The notes beneath the pieces are model-generated. The model made no database searches. It saw only the letters and a program-made list of their open reading frames with translations, and was not told the DNA's origin. Position numbers and translations under genes: made by a program. This document shows positions 61,366 through 64,000 of a DNA stretch of 64,000 nucleotides, in pieces (positions within the stretch are counted from its first letter, which is position 1; each line of letters begins with the position of its first letter). Source of the stretch: Amoebidium appalachense (taxonomy: Eukaryota; Protista; Ichthyosporea); NCBI GenBank assembly GCA_963693365.1, contig CAVNZM010000006.1, positions 6,613,264 through 6,677,263 of the forward strand, read 5' to 3'.

Positions 61366-61890
61366 GCACGCACTGGTTCGTGTGTGTGTGTGTTGGTGGG
61401 CAGGGGGGCTTTACAGGCGGGTGGGCAGGCCGGTGGGCAGTTGGGCTGGTGGGCAGGCATGTAGGAAAGCATTCCAGTGTTCATATGTGGCGGGTATCCG
61501 TGCATGTATGTGTGTGGATGTGTGTTTGTGTTTTGCTTATTATACGTATGCTTGTAGGTACGAGTAGATGGGGTTTATATAACACATGTGTATCCGTTTC
61601 TTTGTGTATTGGTCTTTTTGAAGCGCACTAATTAAATTGTGTTTATATTTGACAAGCATATGCATTGTTTTTTTAGCACCTCCCCGGTCGTTGTTTTTAA
61701 CACACTGCTAACTGTTTTTCTTTGACTGCACAGGTCATAGCACGGCCAAGATCTTGCGCGATCTTGCGATTGAAAATGTGGAACGGTTGCAGAGGCTGCC
61801 CCTTGCCTACCTCACAGAACACCTGGGGGAGAAGATGGGGTATGATCACCCCCTCCCCCCCCCCCCCCCCCCCCCAATGCATTCTACCTC

Positions 61891-61932
<42 letters not shown>

Positions 61933-61940
61933 CCTCCCTC

Positions 61941-61972
<32 letters not shown>

Positions 61973-62522
61973 AAAAAAAAGAAAGAAAAATAACTTTTGT
62001 GTGTGAGAGGGGAAGTGGTGGTGGGGGGAGAGGCGATGGGGAGGGGGAGAGGGGGGGGGGAGGGAGGGGGGGGGCTTTACTACTGGTGTGGGAACAGAAA
62101 CAAAAGAAAGGAACAGATGCTATGACAAGGTATTTGTGAGAACGACACATACTGTACATCATACTAAATGCCTGCATTGAACCGACTGAACACATTCTAA
62201 CCGCTCTCCTCTCTCCCCAACCTAAAAATCTTTGCTTGTTTTCCTGTTGCTTTTGAGAGAATTTTCTTTTTGCATGGGGTATGGAATGAACCGGACCCTT
62301 TGTCAAGAGAAGTGGGGGGGGGGGGGGGGGGGGGGGGGGCATTCCACATTTTTGATGATTATTGGGCTCATGACGACCTGCCGGTGCCCTAATTCATTTT
62401 TTACCATCTTTGGCTATTGGTTGACCGATTACACTCATAGGGCTCTGGCCTTCAACCTCAGTCGGGGAGTGGACGATAGCCCCGTCACACCAAGAGGACC
62501 CCCAAAGAGCATCAGTGACGAG

Positions 62523-62567
<45 letters not shown>

Positions 62568-62753
62568 AAACGTGTGTGTCTGTGCACCCCCGTTTTTTCA
62601 GCACATGTGTGTGTTCATGAAGATGGTTGTTGGGATGAACTTGATAAAGGGTGTGAGGGAAGAGGACTCACGTGCATATAAGTGAACGTACATGGGAATG
62701 GTAGGTACGGGGGAATTATTCAGCTGAAGGCAGCTTGGCCAGGAGGGAGGGGG

Positions 62754-62792
<39 letters not shown>

Positions 62793-63064
62793 CTTGGTAT
62801 AGAATTTTACTTTTCACGTAGGGGCAATCAGTTGATTACAGCAAATGTTTTATGTCCCGACTTGCCAATAAGCACAGGGTGTTTGCTTCTGCTCGAGCCC
62901 ATTTCCCTAAGAATAGTATACGTGCATGTGGTTATAAACCACTCACTCATCCATACAAAAACACACACACATGCACACGTAAAGACACACATGCACGCAA
63001 ATGCAAACCAACACAAGCACACGCCCAGATACACACACACAAACACATGCAATTGTACGACCAC

Positions 63065-63110
<46 letters not shown>

Positions 63111-63354
63111 ATTCGTTTGTCAGGTGCAACACAGTGCCCGATGTCCATCGTCGTCTGTCTGATCTCGTACGGTCTGTGGTTTCACGTGTGCAGTCAGACC
63201 ACAGGGAGACAGGCAGACTGCCACAGACACTCCGTCTAACTACCAGGTGGGTGTGTGTGTTGAAGGGGGGGGAGGGGTGGGAGGGGGGGTGTTGGTGCGG
63301 GAGGGGGAGGGAGGCAGGGGGGAGCCCAAATGTGGGTGTGTGGGTGGCTGGCTG

Positions 63355-63385
<31 letters not shown>

Positions 63386-63910
63386 TGGGTGGGAAAAAAA
63401 AAGGGGGGGGGGGGGGGGGGAGGGAGGGAGGATGGGTGGATACGTGCACACGTGTATTCGTTGTGCATGTTGGTGTCTGTGTGTGTGCACTAGTGGGTGT
63501 GTGTGTGTGTGCTCTTGTGGGTGTGTGTGTTGGAGGGGAGGGTGGAGGGTGCTATGGGAATGTGCCAATCAAGATCTGTGTCGATGTGTGCAAGTGTATG
63601 TAGGCGTGCGGGTGTGTGCATGTGGGAAGATGGGGACAGTGAGGGGCTAGGGGGGGGGGGGGGGGAGAAGGGGGAGGGGAGGAGGGGGGGGAGAGGGGGG
63701 GGGGGATGACGTGTGGTGGTGTATTTTTGTTTGTGTGTGTGTGTCCATTTCTAATTCCATTATACACTGAACATATCCGCAACTCTAAATTCCGATATTC
63801 CCCCAGGCACGTTGGATCCGGCTACCACGGCAAGCAGAGTCGTCAGATTGCAATCCCCCCAGACCTTTTTGCCCCCGTGCGCCCACGGACCAATCATCAG
63901 CCAGAATCGT

Positions 63911-63945
<35 letters not shown>

Positions 63946-64000
63946 CCCGCCGCCGCCCTCCCCCCGCGTGCGCGCACACAGTCGCTGCGCTCGTTACGCA
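56333..64000 (+). CDS. POLI: Y-family translesion DNA polymerase iota; continues beyond the window
   Basis: Exons 56333-56431, 57979-58128, 59023-59216, 60200-60377, 61126-61240, 61734-61839, 62441-62522, 63110-63246 and 63807-~63908, in frame. Motifs IIHIDLDCFYAQVEM, GIQQKNIVVTCNY, GEDLTHYR, ERLVLDE, GYTCCAGV, KPNQQT, LPGIG, PKSISDEDSF and SRQ, typical of Pol iota. Confidence 0.95.
57786..57863. repeat. (CACT)n tetranucleotide microsatellite
   Basis: About 19 units in POLI intron 1. Confidence 0.95.

Overview
Intron-rich eukaryotic genomic DNA, possibly from a unicellular opisthokont/holozoan (inference only). Introns are saturated with poly-G/poly-C runs and (CA)n/(GT)n repeats, so most ORFs in the supplied track are spurious. 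Splicing by hand gives five genes: the 3' end of a GH38 alpha-mannosidase (+), a 7-exon putative mitochondrial protein (-), a USP12/46-type deubiquitinase (+), an ~18-exon mitochondrial PPR-like protein (-) and the 5' part of DNA polymerase iota (+). The intergenic block at 29.4-33.8 kb is a nest of satellites, a TA-TSD MITE, a 5'-truncated LINE with TSDs and a tRNA-head SINE sharing that LINE's tail. The most unusual element is a dispersed non-coding repeat (about 10 copies or fragments, two subfamilies, one LTR-internal-LTR-like tandem). Its better-preserved copies abut a G/C homopolymer at a shared end, and it carries hammerhead-ribozyme core boxes (CUGA[G/U]GA, GAAA, a structurally conserved stem III) in a non-standard order. 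It is a candidate retrozyme/Penelope-like system that may target G-tracts.
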